Origin: a virus
Strand: one strand, 5' to 3'
IMG/VR virus record: IMGVR_UViG_3300025695_000006
Location: 1 to 64,000 of that record
DNA: 64,000 nucleotides
The stretch's first letter is position 1; the number at the start of each line of letters is the position of its first letter. The notes beneath the pieces are model-generated. The model was given only the letters and a program-made list of their open reading frames with translations, searched no databases and was not told the origin of the DNA. The position numbers and the translations under genes were made by a program. Positions 38,993-48,444 of this stretch are shown piece by piece.

Positions 38993-40158
38993 TGTTCACA
39001 TAAAAAGCTAATCTTAACATCTCTTCTTTGAGCACCCACATCACTATCACCAGTAGGTAATACAATAACATTATACTTTAATGGCTCCTCCTGAGTAGAA
39101 GGTAATTCACTAGTGTAAACTAATGACTCATAAGGTACATTGTACTTTGAAACAATTAATTTCTTAAGATTCTCTTCACCACCCTCATTAAAGGTAGGTT
39201 TACCATTTTCATCTTTAACAAAGTGCGGCCCCTTTTTAACGAAAATATCTTTAAATAGTTCTTTAGGTACTATCTTAGAAACTTTAACAGAGTCAGTATC
39301 CACTTTTTCCGTTTCTCTTTTGTTAGCGTCATCTGAAAAGTTCATGATAAAGTTATCATCAGATATATTTGCTATATCCCCCATTTTAGTATAGGCGTAA
39401 GATTCGATATTAAAGCCACTACTAATTAATTGATTAGTAACACTCCTAGCGATATCATAATATTTTTTAGAGAAAAAATCACCAGCGTCATTCCACCTGA
39501 TTATTAATTTAATATCTTCCCCTAGTTTTCTAGACTCTCTTTTAATCTTATAAGCTAAAGGGTCTAATTCATCCATAATTATATTCTCATACTCTTCTGG
39601 ATCGTTTAATAGTAGGTTTAATCTTTGGGTATACTTTAAGTTCTTACCATCATTCATTATATAAAACCCCTTACGAGCATAACAGTTAACAGCACAAGCA
39701 CCCGCACCAGGACAAGTATTTATAGTATAAAATTTATTATTATCCTTATCATATAATATACTCCTCAAAGCAGGTAAACCAGTATTAACGGTATATTGTA
39801 GCGCACCCTTATCACCTTTTTCCATTTTAGGATTCCTATCGAAAATTAGTTTAGGTTTAGAAGTGATTTCTCTAATAAAATGCTCCACATCAATATCACC
39901 GTCTTTAAGCGGTATATTACCCCTACTAATTATAGGTTCGTTAGCGCTTATCTTACCCCTATCTTTAGATTTAGAGTTAAGTCTATCTAATTGACCGTTT
40001 AGCATATTAACCACATCTTCTGGAGCCATACAGGTTTTCTTAACATCTGAAAACTCTTTATCCCAATCAACCTCGTTAATGCTATTATGTTCTTTTAATC
40101 TATAATTAGACAACTCTTTTAATCTAACTAAAGACTCTCTTATATTTTTCTTACCCAT
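38989..40158 (-). CDS. GP88-like protein (Cys-cluster, radical-SAM-like fold)
   Basis: TCPGAGACAVNCYARKG, IRWNDAGDFFS, YAYTK, FIMNFS. Confidence 0.7.
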   Translation of the reverse strand: MGKKNIRESLVRLKELSNYRLKEHNSINEVDWDKEFSDVKKTCMAPEDVVNMLNGQLDRLNSKSKDRGKISANEPIISRGNIPLKDGDIDVEHFIREITSKPKLIFDRNPKMEKGDKGALQYTVNTGLPALRSILYDKDNNKFYTINTCPGAGACAVNCYARKGFYIMNDGKNLKYTQRLNLLLNDPEEYENIIMDELDPLAYKIKRESRKLGEDIKLIIRWNDAGDFFSKKYYDIARSVTNQLISSGFNIESYAYTKMGDIANISDDNFIMNFSDDANKRETEKVDTDSVKVSKIVPKELFKDIFVKKGPHFVKDENGKPTFNEGGEENLKKLIVSKYNVPYESLVYTSELPSTQEEPLKYNVIVLPTGDSDVGAQRRDVKISFLCEH

Positions 40159-40218
40159 TCTTTTAAATTATTATATAGTTACACAACTAATATGATGACG
40201 TTTTTAGCTATATTAAAC

Positions 40219-40233
40219 TATTTATTATAAATA
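40219..40233. promoter_or_regulatory. Overlapping late-promoter motifs for divergent genes (TATTTATT on +, TATTTATA on -)
   Basis: TATTTATTATAAATA between the GP88-like and neck genes. Confidence 0.45.
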
Positions 40234-40241
40234 CATACAAA

Positions 40242-41333
40242 ATGAGAATAAATCCAGCTGAGAAAGAGAAGATATACAAACAAGCTAAACATAGACTTGG
40301 TGCACCGATCAGAAAAATACAACTAGAGGATGAACAATTAGATTCGTTACTTGAATTAGCTACAGAAGATTACGTTGAGTTTATACACAACTGGTTAATA
40401 GAACACCAGTGGCCCAGTCTAGTCGGTTTAAACGTTAATGAAGCGGACTTAACCAGAGCATTTCTATACAGAACACACGATTTAGTAACACAATACACCT
40501 ACTCATACTCCAAAATAGTTGGTCTAGGTGCTGGTGAAGGGGGTTATGTCATGAAAAGAGATTTCTTTGAATTAGTAAAGGGTCAACAAATGTATGAAAT
40601 ACCAGCTAACAGAGAAATCAATGAAGTGCTTTGGTTTACACCAGCCTCTTTAGATCAATCGGTTATAGATCCATTCTTAGGTGTATGGAATAATGCATTT
40701 GGTGCTGAATATATGGGATTAGGTAGTTATTATATATTACCAGCGTCCGATATGATGCTGAGACAAAATGATAGGAATTTAAAGAATAGAATGATCCGAG
40801 GGGAGATGATATATAAAATAACCAACGCACCAGACGGTAAGAAGTACGTTCACTTAATGAACACTCCTGGCGGTCGTTTTGATTATAGAGGATCAATGAT
40901 GGACGCAGGTAAATGTTGGTATTGGTATTATGATATTAATCCAGAAATTAAAGAGGATTGTTTAACAAAAAACAAAGATATCATTAAATCGCCAATGGAT
41001 GTACCTTTGGATAACGTTGCTTTTGATGATTTAAACGACCCAGCAAAAATATGGATAAGAAGATATTTCACTGCACTTTGTAAAGAAACTCTGGGTAGGG
41101 TTAGAGGTACCTTTGGTGGTAAAATACCAATTCCAGATGCTGCTATGGAGATGGAATACCAATCACTTTTATCAGAAGGTAAAGACGAAGTATTAACACT
41201 TAAAAAGGAATTGGAAGATAGAATGGTTAGATTCAACCCTGTTGAAATGTTGAAGAGAATGTCAACTGAAGCTGAAGAGATTAATAAAGCCTTAAAATAT
41301 AGAGCTTTCCCAACGCCAATAAAAATAATATAA
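40242..41333 (+). CDS. Neck / head-tail adaptor protein (T4 gp13-like)
   Basis: HRLGAPIRKIQLEDEQL; WIRRYFTALCKETLGRVRG.FGG.IPIP...LLSEGKDE. Confidence 0.8.
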   Translation: MRINPAEKEKIYKQAKHRLGAPIRKIQLEDEQLDSLLELATEDYVEFIHNWLIEHQWPSLVGLNVNEADLTRAFLYRTHDLVTQYTYSYSKIVGLGAGEGGYVMKRDFFELVKGQQMYEIPANREINEVLWFTPASLDQSVIDPFLGVWNNAFGAEYMGLGSYYILPASDMMLRQNDRNLKNRMIRGEMIYKITNAPDGKKYVHLMNTPGGRFDYRGSMMDAGKCWYWYYDINPEIKEDCLTKNKDIIKSPMDVPLDNVAFDDLNDPAKIWIRRYFTALCKETLGRVRGTFGGKIPIPDAAMEMEYQSLLSEGKDEVLTLKKELEDRMVRFNPVEMLKRMSTEAEEINKALKYRAFPTPIKII

Positions 41334-42856
41334 TGAGGTATAACGAATCGTATAAGAATGATTATTTCGATCTAACGTTAAGTAATGACTCTCGTGATTT
41401 CTATCGAGATTATAGTGATTGTGATTTAATTAATATTGACATAACTAAAAACTTATGCTCAATTAAAAACTCATATACGGGTGAAGACGTTGTTTTAGAG
41501 AATATAACGCTAACGGGTTACGACAATCAATTCTTAGCAGAAAAAGAAGATCTTATAGGAGACAATATAATACAAAACACTAAAAACGGTGTTCAAATTA
41601 TTTCAAACCCTAAATTAAGTTATGTAATAGAGAGTGGTGATACATTTTGCTTTCATCAAGTATCTGGTTACACGGGTACGTATAGTTATGATATAGAATA
41701 CGATAAACTAGATAAAGGTCAATATTACGACCAACTAAAGGGAGGTTTCTACCAAGGTTTTTACAAAATAGTTAATCAACCAGTAGAATGGTTCCCCACA
41801 AGAGCCAGATTAGGGTGGACCTCAAACAAAGTTATACACTTTCCTTTATATGAGCAAAGTACAGGGTCGACAAAAAACATTTTAAACGACAATTACTCGG
41901 GTAATACTGGTTTTATATTCTATATGGGTACTAGAGCAGAAAATAAATTCTCTGACTTAACTCAGATCGAAATAGAAAAATTAGAATCTGGCTACTCAAT
42001 ATCACCCAAAACAGGTGAAAATATATATACGTACAATGATTTAGTAACATTAGATGGGGTTAATAAATACGACGGTTATTATAACTACTATCAAGGTTCT
42101 ATGTACACAGGAAGAAACTATACTGATGAATCCAAGAAACTAGTGTATCACCAAGAATACAAAGATTTATATTATAATTCCATAGGTGTTAGAATCACAC
42201 CAGATGGTAAAATAGGTTACAGAACCATATATCCAACAGACGTTTGTTATAGTGGAGAAACACAAGATGTATCTGGTATAACCAGCAATTCATTCGTAGA
42301 GGAAGAAGATAACCCATGTTCAAACCATACTGTTAGCAGAATAATAACTAAGTATTTTACTATAGAAGAGTGTTACACAAAAAAACCATTAATTGATGTT
42401 AATGAAGAAAAGTATCTACATATTAGCGCCGTTTTCGAGAGAGACTTCCCTTATGGAGAAGGGTGTGAACTTAAATACGGTGACTATAAAAAAGGTGTCT
42501 TATCTATTTACATAAATGGTTTCCTAGTCTTAAGAAATAAAGAATTTATTGAGATAATTACACACGATTTAGACGAAAAAGCTGATCTACAAGAGACCGT
42601 ACCATACAACATATCTTTTGGTGGGGGTACTCAAAACCTAGTTGAAGCAACATATTTAGACAATACTAAGGAAATAAACACAGTTTTAGACAAATTTTTT
42701 ACTGGTACTTTTCTAGGTGGTATTAAAGATTTTCAAATGTTATGTACCCCACTATACACCATGGAAATAAAAGAAATTGTATCTAATATTAAAGATAAAT
42801 ACGATTTAAAGACAATAAATGGTGGGAGAAAGATATTTATAAATAAATTATTCTAA
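41333..42856 (+). CDS. Virion structural protein with LamG/ConA-like beta-sandwich
   Basis: HISAVF...LSIYINGFLV...ISFGGG...FLGGIKDFQM; many (S/T)GxT motifs. Confidence 0.5.
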   Translation: MRYNESYKNDYFDLTLSNDSRDFYRDYSDCDLINIDITKNLCSIKNSYTGEDVVLENITLTGYDNQFLAEKEDLIGDNIIQNTKNGVQIISNPKLSYVIESGDTFCFHQVSGYTGTYSYDIEYDKLDKGQYYDQLKGGFYQGFYKIVNQPVEWFPTRARLGWTSNKVIHFPLYEQSTGSTKNILNDNYSGNTGFIFYMGTRAENKFSDLTQIEIEKLESGYSISPKTGENIYTYNDLVTLDGVNKYDGYYNYYQGSMYTGRNYTDESKKLVYHQEYKDLYYNSIGVRITPDGKIGYRTIYPTDVCYSGETQDVSGITSNSFVEEEDNPCSNHTVSRIITKYFTIEECYTKKPLIDVNEEKYLHISAVFERDFPYGEGCELKYGDYKKGVLSIYINGFLVLRNKEFIEIITHDLDEKADLQETVPYNISFGGGTQNLVEATYLDNTKEINTVLDKFFTGTFLGGIKDFQMLCTPLYTMEIKEIVSNIKDKYDLKTINGGRKIFINKLF

Positions 42857-43257
42857 TGATATTCAGTATAAGACAAAACTCAACGCTACCCGTATTAAAA
42901 ATGAAAGTTTTAAAAGATGGTAGAAACGACTTCAGACACTTTGAAGAACTTCTAGAGAATTCTGTTGCTACTTTCGCCATGAAAGATGAAGAGAATGGTG
43001 TTTATAAAGTAGCCAACAAAGAAGCTAAAATAGTTTTAGAAAAACCATGCGAAGAAACTTCAGAAAAAAATTATATTGTCACTTACCAGTTTTCATCTGA
43101 GGATACTAATAAACCAGGTATATTTTTAGGTGAGTTTAAAATCACATTATTCGATTTAACCGACCCAACTAAAGTATACGGAGAGTTGATAACCCCAATA
43201 CAAGAACAATTATATATACACATACTGGATTCTTTTGTTAAAACAGATATCGTATAA
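42856..43257 (+). CDS. BppU N-terminal-like Ig-fold structural protein
   Basis: IRQNSTLPVL...VTYQFSSEDTNKPGIFLGEFKIT. Confidence 0.55.
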   Translation: MIFSIRQNSTLPVLKMKVLKDGRNDFRHFEELLENSVATFAMKDEENGVYKVANKEAKIVLEKPCEETSEKNYIVTYQFSSEDTNKPGIFLGEFKITLFDLTDPTKVYGELITPIQEQLYIHILDSFVKTDIV

Positions 43258-43338
43258 TAGTACCATACTCTATATTAGTGAATCAAGGTTTTAAACCACG
43301 TGTATTTAATCAATATTAGAAAAAAGAATGTAATCTTT

Positions 43339-43369
43339 TTTGTTTATCATGTAAATTTATCTATATTTG
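43339..43369 (+). promoter_or_regulatory. Bacteroidota-type promoter for DNA polymerase
   Basis: Exact TTTG-N19-TATATTTG ending 24 nt upstream of ATG 43394. Confidence 0.7.
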
Positions 43370-43393
43370 TCCTAAATTAAAATAAAATTAACG

Positions 43394-46300
43394 ATGGCTG
43401 GATACAAGATACCTTTAGATCAAATAGAAAAGTTTTTAAATGGACATGATGATGAGAAGTATATTGTTAATATAGAATACGACAAAGAAACAAATCTTAT
43501 TCACAAAATAAAACAGCATCCAGAAAAAGGCCTCTATACCGAAAAGGAGCCTCTACTCGCTTTTATGTGGATTAAAAACCTTAACAAAGTTAAGGAATTA
43601 ATAAACTTCTACGGTAATAGCGATGCTAGGATAAGATCTGCTAGAGAAAAATTCGGTATAGAAATAAAATCGTTAGAACACAGTAATCACCCTAAATTAA
43701 TTGAAGGTTATAGGTATTTACTAACCTGTACTCAGGGACACCAAAGAATGTTACAGTTCTTTAAAGAAGGTGGTTTATATGTTTATGATAAAAGAAATGA
43801 TATAAGATCTAATTTCTTAATGATATCACCAGTAGAACAATATTTAATACATACTGGTAAACGACTTTTTAAGGGTTTCGATGAATATTCTGAAATACAC
43901 AAACTAGTATTCGATTTAGAAACAACTGGTTTAGACCCTAGTTATAGTAGGATATTTATGATTGGTATGTACACAAATAAAGGTGTGGAAGAAATAATAC
44001 CAATCGAAGACAATGACGAGTCAGAAAGACAAGGTATCATAAAATTCTTTGATAAAATAAACGAAATAAAACCAGCTATTATAGCGGGATACAATAGTGC
44101 TAACTTTGACTGGCCATTTTTCTTTAAAAGATGTGAAATACTAGGGTTAGATATAGAAAAAATAGCAATCACCCTTAAGAAAGGTGAGTTAATCAATAAT
44201 AGATCAGGAATGCTTAAACTAGGTAGTGAAGTCGAACATTTCGAACAAACTAATATGTTTGGTTATAGTATTATAGACATTATACACTCAGCCAGAAGAG
44301 CTCAAGCTATCGATTCCAGTATGAAGTCAGCAGGTCTTAAATACGTTTGTAAATACAATAAAATAAATAAGAAAAATCGTGTTTATATCACTGGTGATAA
44401 AATAGGTGATACGTGGTATTCAAAAGATACTTTTTATTTTAATGACAGGAACGGTACCTACAACAAAGCTAAAGGTTCCATAGATTTTATCGATAACATA
44501 ACAAGAGAGTACGTACAATCAAACCCAGAAGAGATATTTGTTTATAGTGAGAATGAGTCTTTAGAAGGTTTTGGTGAACAATCTAAAGAGATGCGTGGCG
44601 AAAGCAACGCAATACCTATCCTTACTAAGAAAAAACCAGGTAATACCGATGATTCATTCTTTAACGACCTAGAATTAGAGGATAATAAAGTTAAAATAAA
44701 TAAGGGTATCAAGGAGATAATCAGATTTATTGATGAGGGTAAGAAAGTTAATTTCCCTAAAAGTGGTATAGGTACAGATTCTTCTCAACTACAATTAAGA
44801 GCACCTAATACCTACAACTTTTTAATACAAACGCTAAAAGCGTTGCGTTCTTACATAGAAACAATAAAACCTGTTGATGGTAAATATATTGTTGAGAGAT
44901 ATCTTATTGATGATTTATGGGAAACCATGGAAGTAGATGAGGTTTACAACCAGTCTTCATTTTTATTAGCTAAGCTAGTACCAACAACTTACCAAAGAGT
45001 ATCCACAATGGGTACCGCTGGGTTATGGAAGCTTTTAATGATGACCTATTCCTTCGAGAATGGTTTAGCCGTACCAACCCCAGAAGAGAGACGTAGTTTT
45101 ACTGGTGGGTTATCTAGACTTTTTAAGGTCGGTTATTCTGAAGAATTAAGGAAAATGGATTACGACTCATTATACCCAGCCATACAATTAGCTCACGATA
45201 TATTCCCTAGTTCTGATGTTAATGGGGCTATGAAATCCATGTTAAAATACTTTCACACAGAGAGGTTTAAAGCTAAAAACCTAGCCAGTAAGTATAAAAA
45301 AGAGGGTAACTATCAATTAGCGGATAAATACAAAAGAAAACAACTACCACTTAAGATATTTATAAACTCAATGTTCGGTGCCCTGGGTGCTCCTCTAGCC
45401 TTTCAATGGGCTGAGATAGATGTTAGTGAGCAAATAACATGTACAGCTAGGCAATACCTTAGATTATTAGTTAAATTCTTTATAAAGAAAGGTTACGACC
45501 CTTCAGTATTAGATACCGATGGTGTAAACTTCACAGCGCCAGAGAGTGGTGAAGATTTTATTTATATAGGTAAAGGTTTAAGTAACAGCGTTGAAAAAGG
45601 CAGAGAGTACACTGGTGTAGACGCTACGGTTGCGGAATTCAACGACTTATATATGCGTAAAGAAATGGGGTTGAGTTTAGATGGGGTATGGCCATCAACT
45701 ATAAACCTATCTAGAAAAAATTATGCTCTCCTAGAATATGATGGTAGTATTAGTTTAACTGGTAACAGTATTAAATCCAAAAAACTACCTATGTATATAG
45801 AAGAATTCCTTAAAAAAGGGATTAAAATGTTGTTAGAGAATAAGGGTTATGAATTTGTTAGTTATTATCATGAATATGCTGAAAAGATATATAACAAAGA
45901 AATACCATTAGCTATGATAGCAACTAAATCAAGAGTTAAGAAGAGTATTGAGGATTATAAAAATAGAGGCACTGATAAAAATGGTAGAGACCTACCTAAA
46001 CAGGCTCATATGGAATTAGCGGTTATAAATAACTTAGATGTTAACTTAGGTGATACAATATATTATGTAAATAATGGTAAGGTAAAGTCTCACGGTGATT
46101 CGCAATATAATAAAGAAGGTGAAATGTATGCTTCTTTAGTACCTATGGATATAATAGAAAACAAACCTAATGAGATAGGTGAATATAACGTACCTAAATA
46201 TCTAGACGCTTTTAACAAGAAAATAAAACCATTATTAGTTTCGTACTCTTTAAATGTTAGGGGTGATATATTGATAAATAAACCAGAAGACAAGAAAATG

Positions 46301-46495
46301 TTCCTAAGGTCGGAATTAAAATTGTTGAATAATCAACCTAACGATATAGGTGACCAAGATACCTTATTAGAGTTTTACACCCCATCACCAACAGAAAAAG
46401 AGTTCTGGAATAAACTATCATATGAACCTGATTTTTGGTTTAATGATGATATAATATTTAAAATACCTGGTTTCGAAGAAGAAATTCCAGTGTGA
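43394..46495 (+). CDS. polB: Family B DNA polymerase with an inserted ~120-aa domain in the 3'-5' exonuclease
   Basis: ExoI FDLETTG, ExoII GYNSANFDW, ExoIII ERYLIDD; Pol motifs DYDSLYP, KIFINSMFG, DTDG, KNYA. Confidence 0.95.
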   Translation: MAGYKIPLDQIEKFLNGHDDEKYIVNIEYDKETNLIHKIKQHPEKGLYTEKEPLLAFMWIKNLNKVKELINFYGNSDARIRSAREKFGIEIKSLEHSNHPKLIEGYRYLLTCTQGHQRMLQFFKEGGLYVYDKRNDIRSNFLMISPVEQYLIHTGKRLFKGFDEYSEIHKLVFDLETTGLDPSYSRIFMIGMYTNKGVEEIIPIEDNDESERQGIIKFFDKINEIKPAIIAGYNSANFDWPFFFKRCEILGLDIEKIAITLKKGELINNRSGMLKLGSEVEHFEQTNMFGYSIIDIIHSARRAQAIDSSMKSAGLKYVCKYNKINKKNRVYITGDKIGDTWYSKDTFYFNDRNGTYNKAKGSIDFIDNITREYVQSNPEEIFVYSENESLEGFGEQSKEMRGESNAIPILTKKKPGNTDDSFFNDLELEDNKVKINKGIKEIIRFIDEGKKVNFPKSGIGTDSSQLQLRAPNTYNFLIQTLKALRSYIETIKPVDGKYIVERYLIDDLWETMEVDEVYNQSSFLLAKLVPTTYQRVSTMGTAGLWKLLMMTYSFENGLAVPTPEERRSFTGGLSRLFKVGYSEELRKMDYDSLYPAIQLAHDIFPSSDVNGAMKSMLKYFHTERFKAKNLASKYKKEGNYQLADKYKRKQLPLKIFINSMFGALGAPLAFQWAEIDVSEQITCTARQYLRLLVKFFIKKGYDPSVLDTDGVNFTAPESGEDFIYIGKGLSNSVEKGREYTGVDATVAEFNDLYMRKEMGLSLDGVWPSTINLSRKNYALLEYDGSISLTGNSIKSKKLPMYIEEFLKKGIKMLLENKGYEFVSYYHEYAEKIYNKEIPLAMIATKSRVKKSIEDYKNRGTDKNGRDLPKQAHMELAVINNLDVNLGDTIYYVNNGKVKSHGDSQYNKEGEMYASLVPMDIIENKPNEIGEYNVPKYLDAFNKKIKPLLVSYSLNVRGDILINKPEDKKMFLRSELKLLNNQPNDIGDQDTLLEFYTPSPTEKEFWNKLSYEPDFWFNDDIIFKIPGFEEEIPV

Positions 46496-46519
46496 TATGA
46501 ATATTACTAAACTCAAAGA

Positions 46520-46527
46520 TATTTATA
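46520..46527 (+). promoter_or_regulatory. Putative late promoter TATTTATA
   Basis: 12 nt upstream of the 46540 start. Confidence 0.55.
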
Positions 46528-46539
46528 ATAAAATATTCT

Positions 46540-47106
46540 ATGGAAAATAATAAAAACATCAAAGAGTTTATTGACGATGAAGGTAATATCATAAGTGGTG
46601 ATCTAAAACATGTCGATTACAAGAACACGTCACATGACACTACTGACGCTTCGGTATTAAAAACTAGACAACCTTTTTTATTCCAAAACTACAGGAGATA
46701 CTACGGAGAATCAACACTACCGTTCAACGAAGAAGCAGATAAACTAAAAGACTCACCAGAAAAGTTTTATGAATTCCTATATAAAAAGGGTTTAGAGAAC
46801 ACTTTTGAAGATTACTTCCTAGAAATAAAGGATAAAAAAGATGTTAAACCAGCCAACCCAGAGGAACTAACTAAAACTACTTCTAAAGAAAAGGCGTTTA
46901 AAATGTTAGAAGATTTATTATCTAGAGGTAAAGACAGTAGCATAATAAACAAAGTAGTACCTACCACCATAGAAGAAATAAGAGGTAAAGAAAGCCTAAT
47001 TTTAGGTAAATTAGATAGACTTATTGAATTCTTTAATAAAAATATGGATGAATCCGAAAAAAAGGTTTTACTAGACTACTTTAAGAAATCTTTAGATAAT
47101 GAGTGA
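46540..47106 (+). CDS. Hypothetical protein
   Basis: ORF track; late motif upstream. Confidence 0.6.
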   Translation: MENNKNIKEFIDDEGNIISGDLKHVDYKNTSHDTTDASVLKTRQPFLFQNYRRYYGESTLPFNEEADKLKDSPEKFYEFLYKKGLENTFEDYFLEIKDKKDVKPANPEELTKTTSKEKAFKMLEDLLSRGKDSSIINKVVPTTIEEIRGKESLILGKLDRLIEFFNKNMDESEKKVLLDYFKKSLDNE

Positions 47107-47596
47107 GTTATTTGAGAACATAAACGAAGAAAATTCTATATTAAAGAGTAAATCCTATGACTTACCAGAAGAGTTAATTGATTTATTAAAAAGTGCGATT
47201 AAAAAACACTCTGAACATAAGACAGTAAAGGGTTATAAAAGAGCCAACCATTTAATAAAAAACACTAACCAACCCTTTGTTAACTTAGTTATGATAAAAC
47301 ATTACTTTGATACGCTAGATAAAGACAACTTAAACCCAATAGAATACGAGTTAAATGGTGGTGATGCTATGAATAAATGGGTTCAGGGTTTAATAAAAAG
47401 TGAAAGAGAAAGGGTTAAGAGTCAAAAAGTCGCAAAAACTAATGCTGGTATGAGTCAACAATTTAGACAAGATGATAAAGATAATGACTTCGACACTAGT
47501 ATAGGTGATAGAGTTATGGATGTACCAGACCTAATGACGAATAGTGCTTTATTAGAGGATATAGATAAAATAAAAAAATTAATAAATAAAATTTAA
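47099..47596 (+). CDS. Hypothetical protein (possibly virion-internal)
   Basis: ORF track; INEE N-terminus and LLEDIDKIKKLI C-terminus. Confidence 0.6.
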   Translation: MSELFENINEENSILKSKSYDLPEELIDLLKSAIKKHSEHKTVKGYKRANHLIKNTNQPFVNLVMIKHYFDTLDKDNLNPIEYELNGGDAMNKWVQGLIKSERERVKSQKVAKTNAGMSQQFRQDDKDNDFDTSIGDRVMDVPDLMTNSALLEDIDKIKKLINKI

Positions 47597-47601
47597 AGAT
47601 T

Positions 47602-47883
47602 ATGGCTAACAATATTTTAAAAGTACCTGCTTCACAACAACTTAGACAGGTAGCTAGCGATGAAAGAGAAGGTAAATTAATACCAACTAACGAATATAAA
47701 CCAGATTCATTCGAGTATGGGGCTACAAACCCTAATGCTGTAAGTGACGGTGACAGTAAAGGAAAAGGTGATTTAGGGAAAGGTACTATCGGTAACGACA
47801 CTGATGTAGCTGAAAGATCTAAATTATTAGCTGTTAATAACTACAAGAATACTAATACATATCCAGACGAATCTGTACTTTAA
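47602..47883 (+). CDS. Small hypothetical (probable virion) protein
   Basis: ORF track; two R-x-x-(x)-L-x-x-x-N-x-Y motifs. Confidence 0.6.
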   Translation: MANNILKVPASQQLRQVASDEREGKLIPTNEYKPDSFEYGATNPNAVSDGDSKGKGDLGKGTIGNDTDVAERSKLLAVNNYKNTNTYPDESVL

Positions 47884-47895
47884 TTTTATAATATT

Positions 47896-48444
47896 ATGCT
47901 TATAATTGAAAATATCGGTGATGATAAGTTAGATGTTATTAGATACGCAATTGAAAATAAATACGAGGTTTCGTTCTGGTACAGAGGTGTTAAAGTTAGT
48001 GACCCTGACAATAAAAAGTACACTAAACAAAACTATAGACGCGTACAACCAGTAGCACTAGGTAAAAGTAAGGGTACTGGTAAATGGATGCTTAGGGCCT
48101 ACCAAACTACAGGTGTGACTAACACAGAAAACCAAAAATGGAAAACTTTCATTGTTGATGAAATTAAAGATAATACGATTAAAGTGATGTATGATAACAC
48201 GGGTAAGAATCTAAAAACTTTCGAACCTAAAAGCGATTACAAAACGGATGGATCAGACAAAAAGATGGCTAATGATAAGTCTATAAATTATTTAGATGTT
48301 AATAAACCAGCTGGACCTAAAGATCCCAATTATAAAGAACCAGAAATGGTAAATAAAAATGAAGAAGGAGAAAATGTCGATTTAACTATTAATGAATCTT
48401 ACAGCTCTGGTTTTCTAAAATGGATATATAGTACATATGAATAG
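47896..48444 (+). CDS. Stand-alone WYL-domain protein
   Basis: IRYAIENKYEVSFWY...RRVQPVALG...WMLRAYQ...WKTFIVDEI. Confidence 0.7.
   Translation: MLIIENIGDDKLDVIRYAIENKYEVSFWYRGVKVSDPDNKKYTKQNYRRVQPVALGKSKGTGKWMLRAYQTTGVTNTENQKWKTFIVDEIKDNTIKVMYDNTGKNLKTFEPKSDYKTDGSDKKMANDKSINYLDVNKPAGPKDPNYKEPEMVNKNEEGENVDLTINESYSSGFLKWIYSTYE

Noticed and set aside
44480-44850. PolB insertion as an intein or intron
   Set aside because: No N-terminal C/S splice motif, no terminal HN followed by C/S/T, no LAGLIDADG/HNH motifs; the frame is continuous and the insert resembles a stand-alone globular domain.
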